A stretch of DNA of 28,916 bases from a virus (IMGVR_UViG_3300040807_003060:1-28916), one strand, 5' to 3'. Shown: positions 9,401 to 17,878, counted from the stretch's first letter. Translations and numbers: made by a program. Notes: a model not told the origin generated them from the sequence alone.

Positions 9401-12400
9401 GCTTGGAAGTTTTTTAGGTGGTGTTGATTCCACCAACGATCTCACAATCACTATAGATTCTGTAGACGGTGGTGGTGGTGTTTTAACAATCACTCCAACT
9501 GGTACAGCGGCAAACACAAAATCATTTCTTGCTGTAAACACAGGTTCAAACTTACTTGGTAATGGGGCTAGTTTTAATGTGGAATTATCAGGTGCAACAT
9601 ACAACACAATAACAGTAAACAATGCTGGACAAAATTATGGTATTGGTCAAAATCTTGTTATTCCAGGAACTTCACTGGGTGGTGCAACACCGACAAATGA
9701 TTTAACACTTCAAATTACAGCAATCACAGGCACAAGAGGTATAAGCACATTCACAGCAAGCGGATCAGCGGCTACAGGCGGTACATCGGGCTTTGTAGTT
9801 GGTGATCAAATCAAGGCTGAAGGTTCTAACCTAGGTGGTGTAACAGGAACCAATGATGCTATAATAAAAGTTACAGCAGTAAACGGAGATTCTTCAATAA
9901 ACACAGTGACTGTCTCAGGCACTGCCACAGATGCTGTGGTAGTAATCGAAAATCCTACCTACACAGGCGGATCGGGTGCAGGTGCTAATTTTGAAATCAC
10001 TAGAACAGGCACAGTGTACAGTGCAGTGGTGGCTCCAGCAGGAACAGGATACAACGTTACAGATCAGTTTGTAATTGCAGGAACAGAACTAGGTGGATTA
10101 TCTCCTGCAAACGATTGTACAATTGATGTTGATTCTATAGATGGCAGTGGTGGTGTAGCAACTTTCACAGTTACAGGTACAGCAGTCAATACACAAACAT
10201 TTACAAATGCAACAGTAAGCAATCTGTCTGGACAGAATGCATCATTTGATATAACTTTGAATGCAGGAGTTTACAGTATTGTTGTGAACAATCCTGGACA
10301 AGATTACGGATCAGATCAAACATTTACCGTGCTGGGTACAGAATTATTTGGCATATCACCAGACAACGATGCAACAATCACTGTAACAAGTATAAATGCA
10401 ACAGGCGGCATCACAGGAGCATCTATTTCTGGCACAGCCAACTCAGGTAGTGCAAGTACTTTGGGTGCTACAGGTTCAAACAGACAACCACAAGGTGTTG
10501 GAGCAACATTCAGCGTAACAAGATCCACAACAGACGATTCGTCAACCAGTTACACAGAAGTAGTAATATCAACAAGCGGTTCAAATTATGCTGTTGGAGA
10601 TAGAATGACTCTACAAGGACAAAGTTTAGGCGGATCATCTCCGGCAAATGATGTCACAGTTAGAGTACAATCTATTGGTACAAATGGTGACGTGTTAGCA
10701 AATACACACACGGGTACAGCGGCTTCGGGAACAGGAATATCAGTTTACTCAAGTATAACAGTTTCTGAACCAACCAACAACAGTATTCCAAGTGCTACAA
10801 CATTGACATATGCCGCATTGGCAACTATGCAAGTTGACTTTGAAACTCCACACGGACTTGTGCCTGGAGATTCGTTCTTAGTTACAATTCAATCAGATGA
10901 TGGTAGTAACAATCACTTGTTAGCATCAGGACCGTTTTTAGCAACATCAATTCCAAGTCAATCTCAATTAAGATACCAAGTGAGAGCTCCAGGCACAATT
11001 ACAGATACAGCATGGCAAGGATTTATTTACGTAAGACCAGATTCATTCTTTGTTCACAGACCATTTGATGGTGGTGTACAATTGGGTACTGGAGGTCCAC
11101 AACACGGATCACAAGCAATACGTCAAAGTAAAAAATACATTAGATATCAATCAGGTAAAGGTATCATGTACACAACTGGTGCCTTGTTTGCACCAAGTTA
11201 TGACTTATTAAATGTTACAGCAGATGGTACTGCTGTGGGTTCAACAATTACAGTGACAACCGATGACACAGACCATGGTTTACAAGTAGGTGCTAGAGTG
11301 AGATTGATCGGTATTCAAACTTCTGGATACAACAATTATTACACTGTGGCAAGTGTAATAGGTGAAAGACAATTTACAGTTTTAGCAGTTCAATCTTTGG
11401 GAGGTACATTAGCAGAGTTTGGTGATCAACCTCAAGTATCATTGTCCAATTGGAATGGAGCAACTGTGCGTTCAGGAACATTTGATGATCAAAACGGTAT
11501 TTTCTGGCAGTATGATGGAACAAATTTATCATTCGTACAAAGAACATCAACAAGACAGATGACAGGAACTGTGACAGTGACTCCAGATTCAAACACAGTA
11601 ACAGGTGTCGATTCGAGATTTAGAGAACAAGTAAAAGCAGGTGACAGAATTGTTATCAGAGGTATGACACACGTGGTAAACCAAGTTACATCCAACACAG
11701 AAATGTATGTGACTCCGGATTACAGAGGTGTTAATAGATCAGAAGGAGTCAAGGCTTGTTTGGTATTAGACAAAGTAGCGAAACAATCAGAGTTCAATTT
11801 AGACAAACTTGATGGCACAGGCCCAAGCGGATACAATTTTGATCCAGGCAAGATGCAGATGATTGGGATACAATTTTCATGGTATGGTGCAGGTTTCATT
11901 GATTTTATGACCAGAGGAGCAAATGGTAATTTCGTTTTCGCACACAGAATGCGTAATTCAAACGTTAACACAGAAGCATTCATGAGAACAGGTAACCAAC
12001 CTGTGCGTTATGAAGTGGCCAACGAAGGACCTAGTGGAAAACTAGAATCTAATGTTAATGCTACTGCAACTGAACTGCCTTTAATTGATGCTTCTTTCTT
12101 TCCACCAACAGGTGGTACTGTGTACGTTGACAACGAAATTATCACATTCACAGGAGTTGAAAACGATAAATTGACAGGTTGTACTCGTGGAGCACAATTA
12201 ACAAACTTTGCTTCAGGAGCCACCAGAAACTACACGGCTGGTATTGCTTCAGAACACTTTAGAAACACCGGAGTGGTATTGATATCCAATACGTCATCAC
12301 CAATTATATCACACTGGGGATCAGCATTTATTACAGATGGTAACTTTGATGAAGACAGAGGATACTTGTTCAGTTACTCTGCAACAGGGTTAGACATCAC

Positions 12401-13454
12401 AACTACTAGACAGACAGTGTTCCTATTGAGATTGGCTCCTTCAGTGTCCAACGCATTAACTGGTGATTTGGGTGATAGAGACTTGTTGAACAGAGCCCAA
12501 TTGTTATTGGATGGATTAGAAATTACCACAGAGGATCCAGTAGCGGGTCAAGCCGCAGGTCAGATTGTAATCAACGGAATTCTAAATCCACAAAACTATC
12601 CAGTTGATCCAAGTGATATTGGTTGGACAGATTTAACAGGAGTTGCACAAGGTGGTCAACCATCATTTGCTCAAATTGCTCCAGGTGGTTCAGTTGTATG
12701 GAACTCAGGTACAGTTTCGACCACAGCCAATGCATTAACCACAAACGCAATGACATCCACATCAAATCACTGGTTTAACTTGGGAGGTAACAGAAACTAT
12801 GCATACTTCCTACAAGCAGATTGGGAGAACAAAGGTCACGTAGTTGGTATGGAAGTTACTTCTTCACAGTTCCCAGCAGGTACAACTGTAACACAGATTC
12901 AGGACAGAGGAAACTACTACTTGGTGTACTTCTCTCAGAGACACACAGGTATAAATGGTGGTCAAGCAGTAGACTTCAGTTATGGTGGAAATATTGCAAA
13001 CTCCAACTACCTATTCTTCCAAGAAGCATCTTGGTTAGCACTGGGTGCCACAACTGGTACTGAAGTTGATGTAGACACCAGCACAGAATTTCCAGCAGGT
13101 TCTTCTATTGTTTCGATTGCACCGGTAACAACATTTGGTACTACAAACTACTATCGTGTTACATTTAACCAATCATTCAGTGGCACAATATCAGGTGGTT
13201 CTGCTGTTTCATTTAAATTTGGTCAACCTCCATATGCACAACCGGGTCAAAGTATTTTCTCATTTGTTGCACAGCCTGGAGAAAGATCAACACTTGCATT
13301 GAACACAATCCAAGAATTGACCAACACCACACTGGGTGGCAGAGGTACGTTCCCTAATGGTCCTGACGTGTTAGCAATTAACATTTTCAGAACTGGTGGT
13401 ACAGGTGGTGTTAATGCAACAGTTACACTGCGTTGGTCTGAAGCACAAGCGTAA
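6471..13454 (+). CDS. Giant (2327 aa) Gly/Thr/Ser-rich virion structural protein, tail-fibre or baseplate associated
   Basis: Two helical YTYD...DLRYGGN repeats, DADFEYGLQPTKW, about eight ~85-aa beta repeats (G.GA.F.V.....Y......G.Y...D.....G..LGG.P.ND..I.V....G.....GTA), HGL..GD/HAF..GD small beta domains, C-terminal LRWSEAQA. Confidence 0.8.
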   Translation: MAKRKVTNYIFQPGIPKSGNLYPNAYDLIQNNLEFLKDESVGYVAERVATDSAANEFPNAVNKLTNNIEYIKDEIAAYVAQQKASSVPPFAGYTYDALQLETTIDTWLTGLNKDLRYGGNENTNLFVQTYFQDGSLLINGDGEPEVAYFEYARNLIINYILPGSAFSSLQGITSQDTSGASAEANGVTTFTTLANGFINTLDNGIINLPTLVSSSYIFAGYTYDSAKCERDMAYNINGFLNDLRYGGNQESRFNASKYWIGSTPQIDGDRQPEVLVKNYIRDVINNYILTRTQVVSKQSPIVTTQYLGTTPGEAGTSARITALTFIITDVIANGLDNLPDLERNQISSIKAPGKISLDDVLLITNTTRNKVLYNFADATLGAEISYETEQDPDYPTFLQNTDTVSTVFLNFDTSTFLESDSIQMFVEDGVIRTRPYDFGTDAIERMRVAPAQSMLDADFEYGLQPTKWQAIGTQRGYPSIYEIPGTDIDVDTVLTDASAGTEGIGSSLITVNTVGPHAFEPGDAFTIIGFTNGIPGTGRAQGSFVVNTIPTTRQFTYYAKAKVGSVNGSEIHTTFTQLRKAGFYSGATIGRPSFSVASNGANGDFITPIGAQSGTTIIPFQDADLPEIGSPLTGTGVATGTQITAVTGTGSTLATPEVEGDYTAGTTEINVVDSAGILQNSVIDRGDGFGIAITNVSGNTLTLSSGLSQTLIGDRTIYSNVGGFNVNPAGQNFVCDVFNNGGIYSITITNSGENYEVGDAILITGDLIGGATPANDLTISVESVDTGGEVLTTSLDGEAFTGSGTQTNLSGTYNNGAGVGGTFDVTKTNNAYSATLLDPSFTAVEGTVTGGSGAGLVIDVTLTNNVYSVTLSGDDASTGYLANDVVEFTGGNFAGNTDNNLYLRVTGVDGSGAITTFTTSGTGPDALESYVVGINDYTTNSVAGSGATFSVTRQGTTYTATVTGLGSDFAQNETITVLGSFLGGVDSTNDLTITIDSVDGGGGVLTITPTGTAANTKSFLAVNTGSNLLGNGASFNVELSGATYNTITVNNAGQNYGIGQNLVIPGTSLGGATPTNDLTLQITAITGTRGISTFTASGSAATGGTSGFVVGDQIKAEGSNLGGVTGTNDAIIKVTAVNGDSSINTVTVSGTATDAVVVIENPTYTGGSGAGANFEITRTGTVYSAVVAPAGTGYNVTDQFVIAGTELGGLSPANDCTIDVDSIDGSGGVATFTVTGTAVNTQTFTNATVSNLSGQNASFDITLNAGVYSIVVNNPGQDYGSDQTFTVLGTELFGISPDNDATITVTSINATGGITGASISGTANSGSASTLGATGSNRQPQGVGATFSVTRSTTDDSSTSYTEVVISTSGSNYAVGDRMTLQGQSLGGSSPANDVTVRVQSIGTNGDVLANTHTGTAASGTGISVYSSITVSEPTNNSIPSATTLTYAALATMQVDFETPHGLVPGDSFLVTIQSDDGSNNHLLASGPFLATSIPSQSQLRYQVRAPGTITDTAWQGFIYVRPDSFFVHRPFDGGVQLGTGGPQHGSQAIRQSKKYIRYQSGKGIMYTTGALFAPSYDLLNVTADGTAVGSTITVTTDDTDHGLQVGARVRLIGIQTSGYNNYYTVASVIGERQFTVLAVQSLGGTLAEFGDQPQVSLSNWNGATVRSGTFDDQNGIFWQYDGTNLSFVQRTSTRQMTGTVTVTPDSNTVTGVDSRFREQVKAGDRIVIRGMTHVVNQVTSNTEMYVTPDYRGVNRSEGVKACLVLDKVAKQSEFNLDKLDGTGPSGYNFDPGKMQMIGIQFSWYGAGFIDFMTRGANGNFVFAHRMRNSNVNTEAFMRTGNQPVRYEVANEGPSGKLESNVNATATELPLIDASFFPPTGGTVYVDNEIITFTGVENDKLTGCTRGAQLTNFASGATRNYTAGIASEHFRNTGVVLISNTSSPIISHWGSAFITDGNFDEDRGYLFSYSATGLDITTTRQTVFLLRLAPSVSNALTGDLGDRDLLNRAQLLLDGLEITTEDPVAGQAAGQIVINGILNPQNYPVDPSDIGWTDLTGVAQGGQPSFAQIAPGGSVVWNSGTVSTTANALTTNAMTSTSNHWFNLGGNRNYAYFLQADWENKGHVVGMEVTSSQFPAGTTVTQIQDRGNYYLVYFSQRHTGINGGQAVDFSYGGNIANSNYLFFQEASWLALGATTGTEVDVDTSTEFPAGSSIVSIAPVTTFGTTNYYRVTFNQSFSGTISGGSAVSFKFGQPPYAQPGQSIFSFVAQPGERSTLALNTIQELTNTTLGGRGTFPNGPDVLAINIFRTGGTGGVNATVTLRWSEAQA
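8621..10730 (+). repeat. Array of about eight degenerate ~85-aa repeats within the giant protein
   Basis: Recurrent signature: IGGATPAND, FAGNTDNN, LGGVDSTND, LGGATPTND, LGGVTGTND, LGGLSPAND, LFGISPDND, LGGSSPAND. Confidence 0.85.
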
Positions 13455-13579
13455 TGGATTTGTCTTTTATTACAGCAGACTTATTGAATGAAATATCATG
13501 GTTTGATGGTAGTGTGTATATTTTGTTAGGATTGGCAGTATACGTTGCCGTGCGTTATATCAATAAAAAAATTAGATAA
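13454..13579 (+). CDS. 41-aa single-pass membrane microprotein (not in ORF track)
   Basis: TAATG coupling to the giant gene. MDLSFITADLLNEISWFDGSVYILLGLAVYVAVRYINKKIR* has a hydrophobic stretch followed by a basic C-terminus and fills the gap. Confidence 0.7.
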   Translation: MDLSFITADLLNEISWFDGSVYILLGLAVYVAVRYINKKIR

Positions 13580-13589
13580 TTTTAATCTT

Positions 13590-14009
13590 TTACAATAATT
13601 TTTTTGCTATATTCTGCTGATCAGCAGGATTAACAGGAGCCTTTTGTCCATCGCCAGGAATAACTCTGTAGTTGTCATCCGGATCATCCATTGTACTAAC
13701 TTCTGTTACACTGCCTGTATCAGTTGTACAAATTAATTGGTGTGGCAATAATGGAGGATTGTGCCATGTGTCACCGGTCTTTAAAGGTTTTTCGTAAAGT
13801 GTTGCAGTTTTTGTATCTATGTACCTTAATTTGAATTCACCGTCGTTAACAAACCAAGTTTCGTCTTTGTTTTTATGAAAGTGCATAGAAAATTTTGCAT
13901 CTTTTTTTGTAAAGACTAAGAATTTTCCACAATAATGTTCATTAGAAGCCCATATAACTTCGTAGCCCCAGCCTTTTGTTATTTTACCATTCTTATTGTG
14001 CGTTGACAT
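13590..14009 (-). CDS. Cupin-fold putative sugar(-phosphate) isomerase (type II PMI C-terminal/D-lyxose isomerase-like)
   Basis: KGWGYE, FSMHFHKNKDETWFV..G, PPLLPHQL, EVST...DDNYR: cupin H-x-H-x4-E...H metal site. Confidence 0.75.
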   Translation of the reverse strand: MSTHNKNGKITKGWGYEVIWASNEHYCGKFLVFTKKDAKFSMHFHKNKDETWFVNDGEFKLRYIDTKTATLYEKPLKTGDTWHNPPLLPHQLICTTDTGSVTEVSTMDDPDDNYRVIPGDGQKAPVNPADQQNIAKKLL

Positions 14010-14805
14010 ATTGTTCTACAGTGCTCCAATCTATTTTTACTAATCTATTTACTTTAGAATTGTCTGCCTTGGTGTAACTTTGATAATGCTGTTTTACACT
14101 GTCAGGCATGGGTATTTCTTCTATGTTAGCATTGTGTTTTTTGGCAATTATTTCTGCCACACGTTTAAAACTGGTGCAAGAACCGGTTCCAACATTGTAA
14201 ATTCCTGATTTATCTACATCAAGCATTTGTTTGTGTACCTCACAAACATCATGCACCGAAACAAAATCTCTTTGATAATGCTCGCTATTTTTAAAAATTT
14301 TTATTGTGTTATTGTCTTTTGCTTGTTGAACAAATTTACTCACCGGACTCATTTGATTTCCTTTGTGTTCTTCATGAGGACCATACACATTAAAGTATCT
14401 AAAACCTTGCACCAACACATTGAATTCGCCTGCTAGTTTAACAAATCTATCAAAAAGATATTTACTCCATGCATAGGGAGATTGAGGATGACAGTCGCTT
14501 TCTTCGTTGAACTCGTGTGTGTTTCCATAAACTCCTGCTGAACTGGCATATTGAAAGTTTGTTCCCATCTGTTCACACATCTGCAACAATCTCATGCTGT
14601 ACTCGTAATTTTGTGTTAAAATTTTATCAACATTTGTTTCTGTGGTTGAACTAATTGCACCTAAATGGATAATCCAATCGTATTTAGAAGCATCTGGATA
14701 AACATTGGGAGTATATTCAAATCCTTCAACTGTGTGATTTTTACTCAAATGATTAATAAGGTTTTTTCCTATAAATCCGTCACTGCCTGTAACTAAAATT
14801 TTCAT
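13993..14805 (-). CDS. hldD: ADP-L-glycero-D-manno-heptose 6-epimerase
   Basis: TGSDGFIG, HLGAISSTTE, YASSAGVYG, YAWSK (YxxxK), RYFNVYGPHEEHKG, RDFVSV.DV, YNVGTG, YQSYTKAD. Confidence 0.92.
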   Translation of the reverse strand: MKILVTGSDGFIGKNLINHLSKNHTVEGFEYTPNVYPDASKYDWIIHLGAISSTTETNVDKILTQNYEYSMRLLQMCEQMGTNFQYASSAGVYGNTHEFNEESDCHPQSPYAWSKYLFDRFVKLAGEFNVLVQGFRYFNVYGPHEEHKGNQMSPVSKFVQQAKDNNTIKIFKNSEHYQRDFVSVHDVCEVHKQMLDVDKSGIYNVGTGSCTSFKRVAEIIAKKHNANIEEIPMPDSVKQHYQSYTKADNSKVNRLVKIDWSTVEQYVNAQ

Positions 14806-15591
14806 TTAATATCCAAAATATTGATACTTGCCTGCCCATTTAAATTTTGTGTAGTACAAGTTTGTTTTATCTATCATATTAACATCGATCTCGTCATTTG
14901 TCAAATAGTGATTTAAAAATTCATTGTTTTTGATATCTAAATCAAGTTTTGGTGCCAAGTATTTTTTCACCCAACGGGCATAGGTATTAATAGATGGATG
15001 CCTGTCTTGATCTATTTTTTGTTTTTTAGTAAACAAACTTATGGAGTCTGCGTCTTTGTATTTCACATTAACTACTGGACTATTTGATTCATCTGCATGA
15101 AGTTGGATTGGTTTTATCCAATTACTATAAATGTTTTTATTATGAACAAATTCCTTATCTGACAATATTTGTGGTAAATCCACACTGCTGGTTACTGCCC
15201 ATTTACAAGGTAGGTTTTTTAAAAAATTTATCGTCATACTGATATAGTTGTGATTCATGTAGGCATAACTGTCTTCATTCCATGTGTCTCTAATCCAAGG
15301 TTCTTCACTGGGTTTCATCCAAATGTTTCCTCCTGCACGCCAATTTCCGAAAGGCAATATACCAATGCTATGCATATCAATTCTATTCAAATCTGTAAAC
15401 TGCACAACCACAACATCATCTTTATTCAGTGCGTTAGATGTTACGGCTTCGTTCAGTCTTTGCATGATTGCATTGTTACCCAAACCACTGATAGCCCAAT
15501 TTTGATAATCGTCAAACTGATGTCCTAAAAGATCACTCCACGTGGGCCAATAGTAGTTGGTATAACTGCATCCAAAAGTTAACAATTTCAT
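14806..15591 (-). CDS. SGNH-like hydrolase/acyltransferase-fold protein
   Basis: FGCSYT (block I Ser), SGLGN (block II), VVVQFT...R.D, DRHP (block V). Confidence 0.6.
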   Translation of the reverse strand: MKLLTFGCSYTNYYWPTWSDLLGHQFDDYQNWAISGLGNNAIMQRLNEAVTSNALNKDDVVVVQFTDLNRIDMHSIGILPFGNWRAGGNIWMKPSEEPWIRDTWNEDSYAYMNHNYISMTINFLKNLPCKWAVTSSVDLPQILSDKEFVHNKNIYSNWIKPIQLHADESNSPVVNVKYKDADSISLFTKKQKIDQDRHPSINTYARWVKKYLAPKLDLDIKNNEFLNHYLTNDEIDVNMIDKTNLYYTKFKWAGKYQYFGY

Positions 15592-16205
15592 TCTGCTTTA
15601 TCACACCATTTTTCAATTTGATTCCACACTTCAACATCTATTATATCTTTGTACATAGAGTCTTCCACATATCTGGGAATAAAATTTATATTGATTGCAA
15701 CACGTGAATTAACATCTGTGCATGTGGATCCAGAGTGTTTCATGTTGCTTGGAAACAAAACTAATCTGTTTTGTACACTTTCAATTTGGTCTCCATCTTC
15801 AAATGCTGTGTAGCCATTATTGGTGTTGCAGTAATAAATTCCTGTGATGCTAAAAGGAACCATACAATCAACATGGAATCCGTGCACCACTACTTTGTCT
15901 GCTCTGGGCACAAGATTGGCTTTTATCCTAACAAAAGTATTAGGGTGTATTCTGTTGAAAATTGGAAACAGTGCTTGCCAATTATTTTGTTCAGTGACTA
16001 TATTTCCATCTTCTCTTAACAAATGATGTGTAAATTGATATTGATAATTTTCTGTGCCGTCTTTTATCATGGTTTCGTCCACAACATAGTTTTTAAAATA
16101 CCATGGAAAATGCTCTCCAACATATATTTCATTGATAGCATCTGCTTCTGGTTTAGGACACAGATTATCTATTATGATTTTATTATTTTTTATTGTTTTC
16201 TGCAT
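15588..16205 (-). CDS. 2OG-Fe(II) oxygenase (prolyl-hydroxylase-like phage family)
   Basis: HGFHVD (HxD), IYYCNTNNGYT.F, NRLVLFPSNMKHSG (distal His), RVAININF (2OG-binding Arg). Confidence 0.88.
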   Translation of the reverse strand: MQKTIKNNKIIIDNLCPKPEADAINEIYVGEHFPWYFKNYVVDETMIKDGTENYQYQFTHHLLREDGNIVTEQNNWQALFPIFNRIHPNTFVRIKANLVPRADKVVVHGFHVDCMVPFSITGIYYCNTNNGYTAFEDGDQIESVQNRLVLFPSNMKHSGSTCTDVNSRVAININFIPRYVEDSMYKDIIDVEVWNQIEKWCDKAE

Positions 16206-17451
16206 TACGTTTAACCTTTTCCGTTAAGTTTGTAGTAGAAAAACCTTTGACAGTGGGAAATATAACAACTTCAGCCATCTCATTTCCCACAGTTGTTTCC
16301 ACTGTGTAATCTCCGCCTTTTACAATAACATCTGGCGATATATTCTTTATTGCTTGTTTAGGAGTGTCCTCGTCAAACACAACAACATCATCTACCCATG
16401 GTAGTTGTTTCAGTTGATTCTGTCTTTCATCAACATTATTGTAAGGTCTAGATTCGCCCTTTAATCTTTTCACGCTGTCATCGGAATTAATACCTACTAT
16501 CAATATGTCTCCTTGAGCCTTGGCAAATTTAAGTAATTCTAAATGTCCAACATGTAGTAAATCAAAAACGCCATTTGTCCAAACAATTCTATCTTCAATG
16601 TCATTTTTTTCAACCACAGTTACTCCTCTGTGTTGTACCACTTTATTGGCTCCTTTAAGTGCTTTAGCACAAGATTCTTCCATGCTGATTCCTTGTTCGT
16701 GATAATGTATAATAATTGCTAACACAGTGTCACCTGCTCCACTTACATCTGCTAGTTCTACTTTGTTTCCTTTTATGTGTTTATAAAAATTTTCTCCTAT
16801 CACATGAATCCCATTTGCTCCATCGGTTACTATAAGCCATTTCCAATCATTTTCTAATCTATGTTTGTTGGCATCAGCAGGCACAAAATTACCAAACCAT
16901 TTTTGGTATTCACTCATGTTGGGTTTACACAGGTAAACACCTTTGTACACATCAGCAGTTTGTTTTGGATCAACATATACACGCTTTGCTGTCGTCATTA
17001 ATTTTGATACTAGGTCTTTTTTGATCACACCTTTGTTGTAATCACTGACAATCACGACATCTGTTGACTGTAAACTATCCAGTAGAATGTCTGTGGAAGT
17101 TTTTGCTGTGTACATTTGTTCTTTGTCTAATCTTAATAAATGAGTTCCATCAGCGCCTATCATTCTAGTTTTGGTAGTTGTTACATCTGCATCTTGATCA
17201 ATGTGTGTTTTTATGTTTTTTTGAAGCAGTATTTCTCTGATTTTGTTTCCTGGAGTGTCTTGACCCACTGAACTGTAAAGATGCGTGTCTGCGCCGAGAT
17301 TTGACAGGTTTAAAGCGAGGTTTCCTGCTCCGCCTATGTTGTAATCTCGACTGTGTTCATGTAACACAAGGGCGGATGCTTCAGGAGATACTTTAGTACA
17401 TTCTCCCTGTACCCAAACATCCAACATTATGTCTCCTATAATCTTAATCAT
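16183..17451 (-). CDS. hldE: Bifunctional heptose 7-phosphate kinase / heptose 1-phosphate adenylyltransferase
   Basis: PfkB domain: GDIMLD, VSPEA, GGAGN, TTTKTR, SDYNKG, VDPK, KPN..E, DVSGAGDT. Nucleotidyltransferase domain: TNGVFDLLHVGH, NSDDSVKRLKG..RP, FDEDTP, KGGDY, GFSTT. Confidence 0.95.
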   Translation of the reverse strand: MIKIIGDIMLDVWVQGECTKVSPEASALVLHEHSRDYNIGGAGNLALNLSNLGADTHLYSSVGQDTPGNKIREILLQKNIKTHIDQDADVTTTKTRMIGADGTHLLRLDKEQMYTAKTSTDILLDSLQSTDVVIVSDYNKGVIKKDLVSKLMTTAKRVYVDPKQTADVYKGVYLCKPNMSEYQKWFGNFVPADANKHRLENDWKWLIVTDGANGIHVIGENFYKHIKGNKVELADVSGAGDTVLAIIIHYHEQGISMEESCAKALKGANKVVQHRGVTVVEKNDIEDRIVWTNGVFDLLHVGHLELLKFAKAQGDILIVGINSDDSVKRLKGESRPYNNVDERQNQLKQLPWVDDVVVFDEDTPKQAIKNISPDVIVKGGDYTVETTVGNEMAEVVIFPTVKGFSTTNLTEKVKRNAENNKK

Positions 17452-17878
17452 CTAAAAATTTGATAATTTTGAACACAGTTTCCAATTTAGTTTGATTGGT
17501 TTTAGATTGCAAAGTTTTTCTGAGTCCTTGATGTAAAGGTTTAGGCCAATGATTAAAACTACACCATGCATATCCATTGTGTTCTTTGTTTAATTTTGGT
17601 AAAAATTCTGGACCAACAATACACAAATATGTGTGATATAAAAATGCTTCGTCATTACTAATAAAAGTTTCCATTGGAATAGTTTTTAATATTTTAACAT
17701 CACCAACTTCTTCTTTAATCTCACGTTGAAGTCCTTCCCATGGACGTTCATTAGTGGTCATGCCTCCAACTAATCCCCACACTCTGTTCTGTTTGCTTTG
17801 AGTCCTGTGTAGCAATAAAAAACGATTAGTTTCTTTGCTGTAGAATAATGCACCGCACCCAATAATCTTCTTGGTCAT
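17444..17878 (-). CDS. Nudix hydrolase
   Basis: Canonical Nudix box G-GMTTN-E-RPWEGLQ-REIKEEVG (Gx5Ex7REUxEExG); EH.GYAW downstream. Confidence 0.9.
   Translation of the reverse strand: MTKKIIGCGALFYSKETNRFLLLHRTQSKQNRVWGLVGGMTTNERPWEGLQREIKEEVGDVKILKTIPMETFISNDEAFLYHTYLCIVGPEFLPKLNKEHNGYAWCSFNHWPKPLHQGLRKTLQSKTNQTKLETVFKIIKFLDD

Noticed and set aside
8621-10730. CRISPR array or diversity-generating retroelement repeat pair
   Set aside because: The repeats are protein-level and degenerate in DNA; there is no repeat-spacer structure, adenine-specific TR/VR pair or reverse transcriptase.
7762-13063. Many antisense Val/Pro-rich ORFs within the giant gene (also within the sheath gene)
   Set aside because: Expected shadow frames of Gly/Thr-rich ACA/GGT codon usage.
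13580-13589. Bidirectional terminator between the convergent operons
   Set aside because: The gap is only 10 nt and I see no convincing GC-rich stem.
14227-16702. Plus-strand ORFs opposite the heptose operon
   Set aside because: Antisense shadows of strongly supported minus-strand genes.
321-17451. Bacterial chromosomal LPS-core locus
   Set aside because: The genes are interleaved with phage neck, tail and fibre genes under T4-type late promoters, with no waa, lpx or housekeeping context.
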